Translations under genes and position numbers: made by a program
Assembly: GCA_947632415.1 (NCBI GenBank)
Contig: CANRPB010000001.1
Span: 19,549-83,548, forward strand
Source: an uncultured Bacilli bacterium
GTDB taxonomy: Bacteria; Bacillota_I; Bacilli_A; RF39; UBA660
Length of the DNA: 64,000 bases
Direction of reading: 5' to 3'
Notes under the pieces: generated by a model
What the model was told of the DNA's origin: nothing
Databases searched by the model: none
What the model saw: the letters and a program-made list of their open reading frames with translations, nothing else
In this document: positions 23,064 through 32,214 of the stretch, in pieces
Numbering within the stretch: position 1 is the first letter of the stretch
How the letters are laid out: every line of letters starts with the position of its first letter

Positions 23064-23591
23064 CTATACTGCTAAGGATAAAGCAGGAGATTCAATGTCA
23101 AGTTCTGCCTTTTCATTGAAGTCTGATATATCTTTATTCAGTTTATTTATTTCTAATTGTAACTTATTCTTCAAACCTGCAATATATGCAGAAGTAAGTT
23201 CTTCAGTTTTGTCTAGATTCTTTTTACCTTTAGAACGTTTTAATTTCGGATCTAAAGTCTTAATCTTACTTAAATGAAATAGTGCTTCAGACTTTTCGCA
23301 TAAAGTAAAGATGTTGAGATAATTATTATCTTTAGGTAACTCCGTAAACTTCTTATAACCCATATTAATACACTGCATATACAGTTTTAGAAGTATACGT
23401 TCATCAGACAATTCAGTGATTTTCTGTAACAATGCTTTTAAGTCATAGTTACGTTTCGCACCTTGCGGAATAACATTCTCTTCTTTAATTTTATTCCAAT
23501 AGAAAGTAATTTCATTAGAAATTTCCTTAATACGACCGATTTTACCTTTATTCTTATCTCCAAGTAAATATAATGATGTAATTGATTTCAT
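23064..23591 (-). CDS. Hypothetical protein
   Basis: The track ORF runs to 23711, but its first 40 codons cover a tRNA-like minihelix. M41 (MKSITSLY) is taken as the start. TAG stop. Confidence 0.55.
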   Translation of the reverse strand: MKSITSLYLLGDKNKGKIGRIKEISNEITFYWNKIKEENVIPQGAKRNYDLKALLQKITELSDERILLKLYMQCINMGYKKFTELPKDNNYLNIFTLCEKSEALFHLSKIKTLDPKLKRSKGKKNLDKTEELTSAYIAGLKNKLQLEINKLNKDISDFNEKAELDIESPALSLAV

Positions 23592-23641
23592 ACGCAATTT
23601 GATTTTTAAATTAATACTTGACCAAATTACATCTACCAGTG

Positions 23642-23683
23642 TATCCGGTATGGGAATCGAACCCATATTAACCATTACCGGAT
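23642..23683 (-). ncRNA. tRNA-like minihelix (acceptor stem plus T-arm only)
   Basis: - strand: ATCCGGT AATGGTTAAT ATGGG TTCGATT CCCAT ACCGGAT A. Confidence 0.45.
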
Positions 23684-23775
23684 GAATAATAGTAAAAACC
23701 CTATTCAGCAATTACTATTAAAACAGTACCCAGTTCAGTACTGTGAAATTATTTAGTTTTTAGATCGTACCCAAT

Positions 23776-24336
23776 TCAATACTCTCTGCTTTTTACCAAC
23801 CGGCCGAGTGTAATAGGGATTATCCGTCCACCAGTTTTTATACCGACTATAGCACTGAGCCCATCCACAGCAATGTTAGTATCGGTTATGTCCTTACTTT
23901 TTGCATATTTCTCAATATTCTTCTGATTAATCCATTTGGAATGGAGTTCTCCATCAGAACAATTCCGCATGCAATCAAATAGAATATCTACTATGCAATC
24001 ATAATCTTTTCTCTTCTTAGCTTCGTCAATGATACTTTTAGTAATCTCATCAAAAGCTAATTCATTTCTAGTTCCGTTAGAACCAGTAATTGCATCTGCA
24101 ACACTAATAGAGACATCTATAATACTCACCGATTCATAAGTATTAAATAATCTTTGCCACCATAACGGCCCACTTCCATAGTATAAGAAGACCCGTCCAT
24201 CCTCTTGAATACTTACTTTTTTAGGCGTTTCTTTACTTCCTCCGTTCCAGATCTGAACTTTGGACAATATGGTTGGTTCAGAACATATTAGAATTCGCAG
24301 AAGTTCTACTCTTGTTTTAGAAAGTCTGCCATCCAT
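23776..24336 (-). CDS. Hypothetical protein
   Basis: 186-aa ORF. TGA stop. Confidence 0.6.
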   Translation of the reverse strand: MDGRLSKTRVELLRILICSEPTILSKVQIWNGGSKETPKKVSIQEDGRVFLYYGSGPLWWQRLFNTYESVSIIDVSISVADAITGSNGTRNELAFDEITKSIIDEAKKRKDYDCIVDILFDCMRNCSDGELHSKWINQKNIEKYAKSKDITDTNIAVDGLSAIVGIKTGGRIIPITLGRLVKSREY

Positions 24337-24344
24337 AAACTCTA

Positions 24345-24974
24345 TTATTCGTTAGTTTCTGTTACAGTTGCTGTTACATGAATTTCGGTAGTATCATCAT
24401 TCAAACCACACTGTCGTAAATAATCTGACTGCAAACGCTGATTCATGTCAATATATCCACGAACCGTTTCAGCCAACTGCATACACTTCCGTGACATTTC
24501 TTCATAGAAGTTAAGAACATTCTGATTAGACAATTTAGTCAAATCATTCAACATCGGTAATTCTTCAGCAGTGAAAAACATCGGCTTTGAACCCGGTTTA
24601 TTCAACCGTTCAATACATTCAATAACGTTCTGGCGTGTTGCTTTAGTAAATTCAGGTGAAACCATTTCAAATACTAAAGACGGATCATTCTTCTTTTCGT
24701 TCAATACGATTTTCGGACGACCATCTACATCTTTCTCCAACAAAGATACTGATTCAACATCAATAGCTTTAAGGATATAAGCTTTTACTTCCTGACGGAA
24801 AGTATTCTTACCTGTAGCTACATCTTCCTTATACTTAAGATCTGGTGCTTGTGCTACGATTGTAAATATCTGCTGCCCAAAGAACGGGCCATATTTCTGC
24901 GCAGTCTGGCGATATCGTGCCATAACCTGTGCTGCTAAACTCGGTGCAGTTGCACTCTTTACTGAAACTTCCAT
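24345..24974 (-). CDS. Hypothetical protein
   Basis: 209-aa ORF immediately downstream (- sense) of the 2.1-kb ORF-free region. Confidence 0.65.
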   Translation of the reverse strand: MEVSVKSATAPSLAAQVMARYRQTAQKYGPFFGQQIFTIVAQAPDLKYKEDVATGKNTFRQEVKAYILKAIDVESVSLLEKDVDGRPKIVLNEKKNDPSLVFEMVSPEFTKATRQNVIECIERLNKPGSKPMFFTAEELPMLNDLTKLSNQNVLNFYEEMSRKCMQLAETVRGYIDMNQRLQSDYLRQCGLNDDTTEIHVTATVTETNE

Positions 24975-27116
24975 ATAATTGTTCCTTTTTGAGTCCGTAC
25001 TTGATATACCAATACGAACAAGTTATACACTATGTTAATAATCTCCTCACTGTTCGGTCATTTACTGGTTACTCAATTATGGAGTAAGTGAATTCAATCA
25101 CATAACCTACTAAGTTTCTATGCATGATAATAAACTGTTAGAGTAATTTGAAAATATCTACTGATAAATTCTTTGATAATAGTTTGTTAATATAATTTTA
25201 TCGTCCCGTTTCGACGGTTAAGATTCAATTTTTTCGATGCTTAACGCACCCCTCACCGTAATCTCATATCGCGATTAGATGCAATATGAAAAACTAAGTC
25301 AATGGCATCTTTTCAGCCTATTAGTGTTTCCGGGTATTACGACAATCTACGCGATTGAAGGTCGTTTATCTAACGTTACTAAACTCACAAGCTCATTGCA
25401 TATAGCATGACCCACTTGTACCATTTCCAGGATTTCTTTGTTTATACTGCACGAACATTAGGATTTCCACCTATCATCGTTCCCTTGTTTGCTCATGGAA
25501 TAATTTTCGACATGAGTGTACTATTAACCATATAGAGACAGTATATGAATTGACACAGGATGCTAACGAATCAGCGTTCTCTCACATCAGTAGTTGCGGC
25601 TACTAACTTTACGAGTGTCTTAACGGTCAGCAATGTCGGTTGGCAGTCGGGGTGGCTCGTACTCCTTAACTTCTATCTTACAACAATAGTTTGAAATCTC
25701 TGTACTACCATTGGACTTCCCATTTATTAATGATTAACAATCATGACACGCTTTGGAGTCGTGGCGGGTCAATTACTAGCCAAAACAACTTCTTAATCTT
25801 GTATTACATCTAATACCCAGTAAGTTATTGTACTCGATTTTTATTTTGTACGATGGTCCTTATCCAAAATCCTGGAATGGACTAGTCTAATTTCCAAAGG
25901 TATTTACATATCTTGAAATACTTAAGCTCTGCTTGTTTTTAAAGGAGTTTTCAAAGCATCTCCTAAATTCATTTTTACTACGTAATAACACTTGCTAAAG
26001 GTGTTCGCTTCTAAATTCAGGGTTAAAGCGCCCTCATAATCGCATTTTAGGCTTTTATTGTTTTTGCCTCGTCATTTCTCATTGTATTATACTCATCTAC
26101 ACGACTAAACTCATGAGTCACCTTAGACTTGAAAGACGGTATCAATCTCATATACCTCATCCCTTATACGTAAGTTCTTTTGCAGCACACTAGTTACGGT
26201 AATGCACAGGATTGGCTCCTGCTCCACGATAATCAGTCGTATTTCTACGGATCATTGCGTTTCCAGCTTTCATATCCTTACTTTGTATAAGTATGTACCA
26301 TAACACGGTTATCCTTACATTAGTATCAGTAATTTCCTCCCTTCATATATGCAAGTTCCAACATCCACAATTGCATGTTGCATCACAGCTGATGTGCATA
26401 GAACACTAGAGTTAGCCTATTTTCCTATCTGGACGTATAGTTGACGCTTTTGTTGACCGATTTTGGAGACCGGTTGTGCCTGTAATGGGCAGTATTTGGT
26501 ATGTTTCGGCTTCTCTTTCCAAAGGATTAGCCCAGGAACCGGATTGTCCCTGTTTCAGCATCGTGTTCATACTCCTGTTTGATTCTGCTTTTGATAAACT
26601 AATAACGAGTATAAGGATTTCGTTCCTATTTTGGAGATTGTGGATATTGTTACTAAGTAGTTTTATTTGTTTATTCTACTAACTATATCTCTCCGATTTG
26701 AATTAATTTATGACTAGGGTATCTTCTTGTAGCTCCTAAATCAAGGGTTCTTCACATTTAATATCGCCAGCCGGTTCTCATACTATTTGTGTGGGCTATT
26801 CACCCTCTCCCACTTTCCCTACCTTTTTCACCAGTATGGGCTATTATCCTACCTTTTGAGTATCTCACCGTTGTTGCGGCTATGGAGCATCTCATAACTA
26901 CTCCTGACATATTCTCGGATTCTGTATCTTTCGGGCTATAACTAATGAGTTAAACTCCCTGACGGGCGCGACCAGTACTATTGTGTACTTTACCGCATGA
27001 CTTCCCCGGAGTGATTTACGCTACAGTTTTACTCCTCTCGTACTATGATATAATTATAGATTTTTAAAGTGGTTATTATCATTAACTATTTACCACTAGG
27101 CATTTCTCGTCTGCCA
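24975..27116 (-). other. 2.1-kb ORF-free region. Candidate large structured non-coding RNA or other non-coding element. Strand is inferred from skew and neighbours.
   Basis: Only one ORF of 60 aa or more in six frames (26476..26682, low complexity). All three - frames near 27060 hit TAA. 26761-26880 counts A19 C37 G20 T44 (47.5% GC, 67.5% pyrimidine on +), versus 19/60 GC in the adjacent ORF (27121-27180). Confidence 0.4.
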
Positions 27117-27503
27117 TTAATTATTCTGTTCTGGTTCTAAACTGATAATTTTACCTGTTATTAGGTCGATTGTTGCAACAATCTTATTACCTTTACAAAT
27201 ATCTACGAATTTATTTCTTATATCATTACTACTGATATAATCAATAGGATCCATACTCTTCGCGTTAAAACCATCCAAACATTCACAAGCATTACTTACA
27301 GACAAATGTAAGTACTTCTCTGAATATAAACAATTTCTTATACTCGCACATGTACTATTATAAAGTGAATCAGAATTATCTCCATTTATAATAAAATAAT
27401 CTGTTTGAGCATTAACAGAGGTCAGTTTTGCTCTGGCCTCTTTAAGCTCCTTTATGATACGAGACAACCGTATCATTTGTTTAAGTATAACCTTATTGTT
27501 CAT
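27117..27503 (-). CDS. Hypothetical protein
   Basis: 128-aa ORF. TAA stop. Confidence 0.6.
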   Translation of the reverse strand: MNNKVILKQMIRLSRIIKELKEARAKLTSVNAQTDYFIINGDNSDSLYNSTCASIRNCLYSEKYLHLSVSNACECLDGFNAKSMDPIDYISSNDIRNKFVDICKGNKIVATIDLITGKIISLEPEQNN

Positions 27504-27894
27504 GATTCTTTACTAATTGTAATATAGATTGAGGTCGTTCGTCATCAGGTACCCTGCCTATAGACTTAACATATGGATACCCTGTTGAATTCTCTTTCTC
27601 TATTATTTTAGTTTTCCACTTAACTACTGGCTTTGGTTCGCCAGTAGTCTTTACATTCACAATTGCATCTGTTGTTCCTTTTACGGACACGTTTAATGTA
27701 GCTAAATCTATTTCTACATCAATTTGGTCTACAGATTTTTTCTCCTCTTTATTCACTATAGGGAACTTAGGTAGTTCCACAATTGAGGGAATTACAGGCT
27801 GTGCCTGTACAACTTCTGTAGTTGCAAATAATTGTCTGCCAATAAAGACACTAACAACGAACATTACCGCTACAGTTAATATTCTCCTATTCAT
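27493..27894 (-). CDS. Hypothetical secreted or membrane-anchored protein
   Basis: N-terminal hydrophobic segment ILTVAVMFVVSVFIG. 133 aa. Confidence 0.6.
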   Translation of the reverse strand: MNRRILTVAVMFVVSVFIGRQLFATTEVVQAQPVIPSIVELPKFPIVNKEEKKSVDQIDVEIDLATLNVSVKGTTDAIVNVKTTGEPKPVVKWKTKIIEKENSTGYPYVKSIGRVPDDERPQSILQLVKNHEQ

Positions 27895-27940
27895 TTGATT
27901 GATTAATTACTCAAGAATACCTATTTTTAGTAAAAGCTTC

Positions 27941-29428
27941 TTAAACCAGTTTATTTTTTTTCTCCGGTTCAGTAGCTGGATATTCTCCTTCTTTAGGAGC
28001 AATCAGTGTATCTTGACAGTATTCTGCAAGACGATCAGCAGGATCACGATACAGATTAATAATCTGCCCTACTACTAGGCGTAAATCATCTTCAGTGAAC
28101 TTTTTATTTGGTTTATCAAAGTAATTAGTTCTTACACTACCAAGAATCATGCGAGCAGCTTTACGATCACTTTCTATTTGAGCTTTCTTATTCTCTTCAA
28201 GTCCTTCAGTAGATATGTTATAATCGTTGAATAACTTAGAGATATATTCTTCACCAAGTATACCAGTAATTGCTTTCAACGCTTTATCTTCTTTGGGATC
28301 AAGCTTCTCGTTATCTTTCAGTTTATAACGGAATTTAGTTGTAAGCAATTCACGTAACGCCAATGCTACTTGCTCTTCAGACCAACCAAGTTTACTCATG
28401 TGATAGTGCAATATGGAATGCGCCATACACGGTGAACCGGTTAGTGATGTATAAGTATACATAGCCTGACCAAGGCCACTCATTAATGCGGTCGGCTCAA
28501 TAAGTTTAAATATTTCTTGAATCCAATAATCAACTCCTTTATCATCTAAAGCGAGTCTCTTATCAGTATCATTTTCTTTGCCCAAACAATAGACACGATA
28601 CCACTCAACAGTATTTACTATATTTGCGGCAGTGTTCTTTGTCTTAGTAATAAGATATTGAAGTGCTTCCTTCAATTCTTCTTCAGTAGTGATCTTCTTT
28701 GGATCAAGCTCGGGTACAACTGATACTACTTCACCTTCTTTCGGTTTCAAATCTTCAGGTATTTCAGATTTAGCGAAATCAAGTTTCATTTGACCGTCAT
28801 TACCCGGTAACGCTTTGGCAGGTGCTAGTTTAATACCTAACATGCTTGCCATGTTCTGCAAAGGTACAATTTGATCTTCACTTATGAGCAGATTCAATTC
28901 ACCTTTCTCATTCTTACTAAGCAATTCTTGACGGACATCGACTAATGCCAATAGAGTAACAACATCGATACTCTTCATCAAGTCACTATACAATTCCGGA
29001 TAGTTCTTAACGAGTTCTTCATTCTTACCATATTTTTCCCACATAACATGAGCAAGCATGGCTTTACCATCTATACTAGATGTTGGTGCACTCATGGGAA
29101 TACCCGTTGTTCCACCAATTAAAGAAGCTGCACGTTCCAATGCTTTCTTACCTCCTTTTAAGTCAGTATCAGCATTTTCTGGAATGATAGTAGGAATCTT
29201 TTCTGTCTTCTTTTTAGGCTTATCTGGAGCTTTCTGGGTGTCCTTCTTTGCCTCTACTTTTACTTCAGTAGCTGTAGGAGTAGTCTTTACTTCCTCTACT
29301 TTCACTTCTTCAACTTTTGGTGTTTCCACCACTTTAGTTTCTTCAGCTTTTTGCTTAGCTTCTAATTTTGCAGCTTTTTTTGCTGCTTTCAATGCTGCTT
29401 TTCTTTCAGCTTTTGTCATTTCTGCCAT
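27941..29428 (-). CDS. Hypothetical protein with a Lys/Ala/Glu-rich N-terminal region
   Basis: 495-aa ORF. N-terminus KAERKAALKAAKKAAKLEAKQKAEE, then VEEVKVEEVK repeats. Confidence 0.65.
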   Translation of the reverse strand: MAEMTKAERKAALKAAKKAAKLEAKQKAEETKVVETPKVEEVKVEEVKTTPTATEVKVEAKKDTQKAPDKPKKKTEKIPTIIPENADTDLKGGKKALERAASLIGGTTGIPMSAPTSSIDGKAMLAHVMWEKYGKNEELVKNYPELYSDLMKSIDVVTLLALVDVRQELLSKNEKGELNLLISEDQIVPLQNMASMLGIKLAPAKALPGNDGQMKLDFAKSEIPEDLKPKEGEVVSVVPELDPKKITTEEELKEALQYLITKTKNTAANIVNTVEWYRVYCLGKENDTDKRLALDDKGVDYWIQEIFKLIEPTALMSGLGQAMYTYTSLTGSPCMAHSILHYHMSKLGWSEEQVALALRELLTTKFRYKLKDNEKLDPKEDKALKAITGILGEEYISKLFNDYNISTEGLEENKKAQIESDRKAARMILGSVRTNYFDKPNKKFTEDDLRLVVGQIINLYRDPADRLAEYCQDTLIAPKEGEYPATEPEKKNKLV

Positions 29429-29490
29429 TTTGATAATAGTTTAAAATGTTAAATAAATTAGTTAAATACACATTAAAGATAGTTGAAATG

Positions 29491-29862
29491 TTAGCTATCA
29501 TTTTGAATTGCTGGTGGGTTTCTTCCATTAGTACCTGTATGTTTACTAATTAGTGCGTCAAACAATACCTCATCTTTAATGATGTGACCTGCAACCCCAG
29601 ATTGGCAAACGGTAGTACCTTCTGTCACTGTAGCTACTAAGCTTTGCATGCACATTAAAGGATCAGCATTATTTATGGTGCTAATCAGTTCAGTAACTGG
29701 TTTAACTGGGTGTTTAGACCCAGTTAACCCTTTACTTAACATACCTACTAATAGACCAGTCATAATAGCAAAGAGTAGTTTCCACCACATCTTTGTACTA
29801 CGAAACAATCTAGCAATAACAAATGCTGCCATTACTAGAACAATAATAATTGCTGGTGTCAT
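29491..29862 (-). CDS. Membrane protein downstream of the sigma factor. Anti-sigma role is speculative.
   Basis: Two N-terminal hydrophobic segments (AIIIVLVMAAFVIA, LLFAIMTGLLVGML). 123 aa. Its start is 14 nt after the sigma gene stop. Confidence 0.6.
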   Translation of the reverse strand: MTPAIIIVLVMAAFVIARLFRSTKMWWKLLFAIMTGLLVGMLSKGLTGSKHPVKPVTELISTINNADPLMCMQSLVATVTEGTTVCQSGVAGHIIKDEVLFDALISKHTGTNGRNPPAIQNDS

Positions 29863-29876
29863 AGTTAGTAATGTTT

Positions 29877-30437
29877 TTAGTTTAACAATTGTTTTAATCT
29901 CTCTCGCGCATTATTTAAACGCGCTTTAACTTGTGATTCTGTAATCCCAAGTTTATCACCTATCTCTTTATAAGATAGATTTTCAGTAGTACGTAACTCT
30001 ATTATAGTCCTATAATGAGGTCTAAGCATTTTTAATGCTTCAGTTAATCGTGAATTAGTTTCATGACCAATATATATTTCTTCAGGTGAATCGTCGGCCG
30101 AACTCCTCACTTGATAGAAATTTTCTTCATCATCTAATTCATAATCATACTTTTCCTTTTTAGTTCTACGAATATAGTCTATACTACTGTTTATAGCTAT
30201 TGTTTTTAACCACATTTCAAATGAAATATGATATGTGTACGTAGCTAATTTAAAATAGGCTTTAGTAAAAGTCACTGATACTAAATCATCAGTTACGTCT
30301 TTATTTCTCACTATGTCATATATGACATTATGAATGACGTGTACGTATTTATTATAAAGCATAGTGAAGGCATTCTGGTCGCCTTCTTTAGCCTTGTTGA
30401 TGAAGACTAAGAGCTGTTGTTTCTCTTCATCTGTCAT
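29877..30437 (-). CDS. ECF-type sigma-70 family RNA polymerase sigma factor
   Basis: Region 2: DLVSVTFTKAY...FEMWLKTIAINSSIDYIRR. Region 4 HTH: LSYKEIGDKLGITESQVKARLNNARERLK. Start taken at MTDEEK (30437), not the track start 30530. Confidence 0.85.
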   Translation of the reverse strand: MTDEEKQQLLVFINKAKEGDQNAFTMLYNKYVHVIHNVIYDIVRNKDVTDDLVSVTFTKAYFKLATYTYHISFEMWLKTIAINSSIDYIRRTKKEKYDYELDDEENFYQVRSSADDSPEEIYIGHETNSRLTEALKMLRPHYRTIIELRTTENLSYKEIGDKLGITESQVKARLNNARERLKQLLN

Positions 30438-30484
30438 AATATTAGGCTTGTTAGTGGTTATAACAATAACCAAACTGTTATAAC

Positions 30485-30868
30485 CTAGAATGGTAGCTCT
30501 AAAATGTATCGGTAATAGTATTCGTACCATTCATTCATGAATTTCTTATATATATCCCATATGCATTCCATGAATTCTCTTTTCATGGGTATAGTTAGTA
30601 TTTTCGGTGATGTATTGTTGATTAGTCCACAGACGATACGTATACGCACGTCTAATGTAACTCTGTGGTCTTTACCTATTCTCTGTAATATCATGTTATC
30701 AAAGAAGTAGATTATATGAGCAACATGTTTATACGATCCAAATGGTTTCTTTTTAATTTCTCTATTTTGAATACGTATAAAAGTGTACCATTCAGGACGC
30801 CAATTAAAATCACTATATTTAGCGCCCCAAACAGTATATATATGATTTGTTAAACTATGTATTACCAT
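30485..30868 (-). CDS. Hypothetical protein
   Basis: 127-aa ORF. TAG stop (cta 30485-30487). Confidence 0.55.
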   Translation of the reverse strand: MVIHSLTNHIYTVWGAKYSDFNWRPEWYTFIRIQNREIKKKPFGSYKHVAHIIYFFDNMILQRIGKDHRVTLDVRIRIVCGLINNTSPKILTIPMKREFMECIWDIYKKFMNEWYEYYYRYILELPF

Positions 30869-31313
30869 AATTTAATTGTTGCTTAGCTATTTTCATTAAT
30901 ACCACATTAATTTGAGCCAAAGACCAACCTGTTACTTCAAGCATATATGCTTTAGTGGCTGCAATACCTCTACCAAATACCGATACATCTTGGATATATC
31001 TATTAGTAAATGCTTCTAATTGTTCATTTGTAATATTAGGCATTTTAGTACCACGAATCGATTTACGATAAGATGGTAAGGAACATATTTCTGAGTATTC
31101 ATACTCTAGAAAGACAAATTTATCAGGGTTGGTTAATATTGCTTGTATTTCAACTGAATCTTCAGGCAATACAGTAAATTTACCCTTTTGCACTAAATCA
31201 TTGATTAATAGTGCATTAGTAATTCTTAAGCACGGAGCTTCACCAATTACATTTGCTAATAATTCAAATTGGTCACCTATTATTCTATAGATACCGGGGT
31301 GATTGAGTTTCAT
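30855..31313 (-). CDS. Hypothetical protein
   Basis: 152-aa ORF. TAG stop (cta 30855-30857). Confidence 0.6.
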   Translation of the reverse strand: MKLNHPGIYRIIGDQFELLANVIGEAPCLRITNALLINDLVQKGKFTVLPEDSVEIQAILTNPDKFVFLEYEYSEICSLPSYRKSIRGTKMPNITNEQLEAFTNRYIQDVSVFGRGIAATKAYMLEVTGWSLAQINVVLMKIAKQQLNYGNT

Positions 31314-31492
31314 TTGTTGATTTCTTTTTTAAAGTTATCGACTATTCCAGACACTTCAGATAATGATAGTTCTGGATACTTTTGCATCACTTTATTTATT
31401 GCATCTATATCAGACTTGGCTGAATTGAGCAATTTAATAAACTCTGTTCTTTCGTGCTTAGATTTAAACCAAGCAAAATACTTTACATACAT
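31310..31492 (-). CDS. Hypothetical protein
   Basis: 60-aa ORF with a 4-nt overlap to the downstream gene. Confidence 0.5.
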   Translation of the reverse strand: MYVKYFAWFKSKHERTEFIKLLNSAKSDIDAINKVMQKYPELSLSEVSGIVDNFKKEINK

Positions 31493-31770
31493 TGATACTC
31501 GTATTCTTTAATTTTGTTACTCAGTTCATTCCATTTAGTTAAATTAATATCAGTAGCATCAACTAAATGAATAATGTTACAATCTACTACGTTAGTATCA
31601 AATATTCTGTAAAGTATTTTAATTGCTTTTTTATAATGATACCTATTTTTATAGTACTGCGGTATTGCACCATAAAGACGCTCAACCAATTCTGTCCGCA
31701 TCTTCAATTCAGTAGCAGCTTTATCCCATGCTTCTGGAAGATTCTCTCTGATAAATTTTCTAACACTCAT
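31483..31770 (-). CDS. Hypothetical protein
   Basis: 95-aa ORF. Confidence 0.55.
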   Translation of the reverse strand: MSVRKFIRENLPEAWDKAATELKMRTELVERLYGAIPQYYKNRYHYKKAIKILYRIFDTNVVDCNIIHLVDATDINLTKWNELSNKIKEYEYQCM

Positions 31771-31799
31771 AATTTAATTGATTTAAATTGTTAATAATG

Positions 31800-31873
31800 T
31801 AGTGAGTAGGAGATTCGAACTCCTTATCTCTTGGTAAAATCCAAGGCTTCACTCCACGCAAAGCTTACTCACT
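31800..31873 (-). tRNA. tRNA-like cloverleaf with a 6-nt anticodon loop (AUUUUA). Isotype undetermined.
   Basis: - strand: AGTGAGT AA GCTT TGCGTGGAGTG AAGC CTTGG ATTTTA CCAAG AGATA AGGAG TTCGAAT CTCCT ACTCACT A. There is no position-26 nucleotide, and the loop is one nt short. Confidence 0.45.
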
Positions 31874-32100
31874 AATCCATCAAGTTCTAACATTTTACAG
31901 GGTCGAGAGCTTGCAACAACACCAAACCTATTTATTACTCGCGGGGATACGACGAGGCTCACCTCTGTTGCTAGACGGAGCTACCCCAGACTTTACTTAC
32001 GCTACTAAGCGGGTATAGTCAGTAACATAACTTGTATTGCCAGTTATTCGCATTATTGACCTATTCTATTTCACATTGTCGCCGTCAAATCCATTTTACC

Positions 32101-32214
32101 CCCGTAGAATGCGTTTTAAGGCTATTTTAAGGCGATTCTAGACACTTTTGAGGTTGACTGGATGATTTATATCAATTTGCATCTAAAATGTCTTAAAATG
32201 GCTTAAAACGCTTA
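32101..32214. repeat. Copy A of the three-copy element. It contains an internal inverted repeat.
   Basis: GCGTTTTAAG (32111-32120) is the reverse complement of CTTAAAACGC (32202-32211). 32120-32154 aligns to 37429-37462 with few mismatches. Confidence 0.6.

Noticed and set aside
26476-26682. 68-aa ORF, the only one inside the 2.1-kb ORF-free region.
   Set aside because: It is a low-complexity Leu/Phe/Ser-rich product on the strand opposite to all neighbours. It has no start context and is of a length expected by chance.
26712-26723. The - strand GAUACCCUAGUC resembles the 16S 790-loop region (AGAUACCCUGGUAGUC).
   Set aside because: The match is short and interrupted, and no flanking 16S-like context was seen.
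27033-27044. The - strand reads AGUACGAGAGGA, identical to the core of the 23S rRNA sarcin-ricin loop. GUCAUGC follows about 45 nt later, as in E. coli 23S. This suggested that the 2.1-kb region is an rRNA-like molecule.
   Set aside because: For a 2.1-kb query against a 2.9-kb rRNA, a 12-mer identity is expected roughly 0.3-0.4 times by chance. Other short matches (GGAUGUUGG, CCGUAACUA, GGAUAAC) are 9-mers expected many times by chance, and they are not collinear with rRNA order. An rRNA covariance-model search is worthwhile, but this is not evidence by itself.
29058-29444. Antisense ORFs overlapping clear genes: 76..273, 3412..3600, 6487..6810, 8782..8967, 11656..12075, 12433..12639, 14713..14898, 15350..15568, 15587..15817, 23095..23277, 24571..24780, 29058..29444, 29648..29929, 31269..31511, 31567..31794, 32967..33227, 33923..34123, 34120..34332, 38435..38731, 38754..38969, 38842..39093, 39358..39630, 43961..44152, 44263..44454, 45407..45646, 45995..46198, 46606..46836, 47889..48143, 49222..49575, 50740..51168, 51738..51968, 52282..52464, 52468..53025, 53936..54286, 54413..54622, 54659..54919, 54727..55104, 58319..58540, 61069..61296, 61470..61754 and 62495..62752.
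   Set aside because: Each lies opposite a longer ORF with recognisable motifs or same-frame continuity, and the products are low-complexity. Same-strand out-of-frame ORFs (49230..49481, 52262..52489, 54669..54932, 58926..59111, 60512..60733) were rejected for the same reason.
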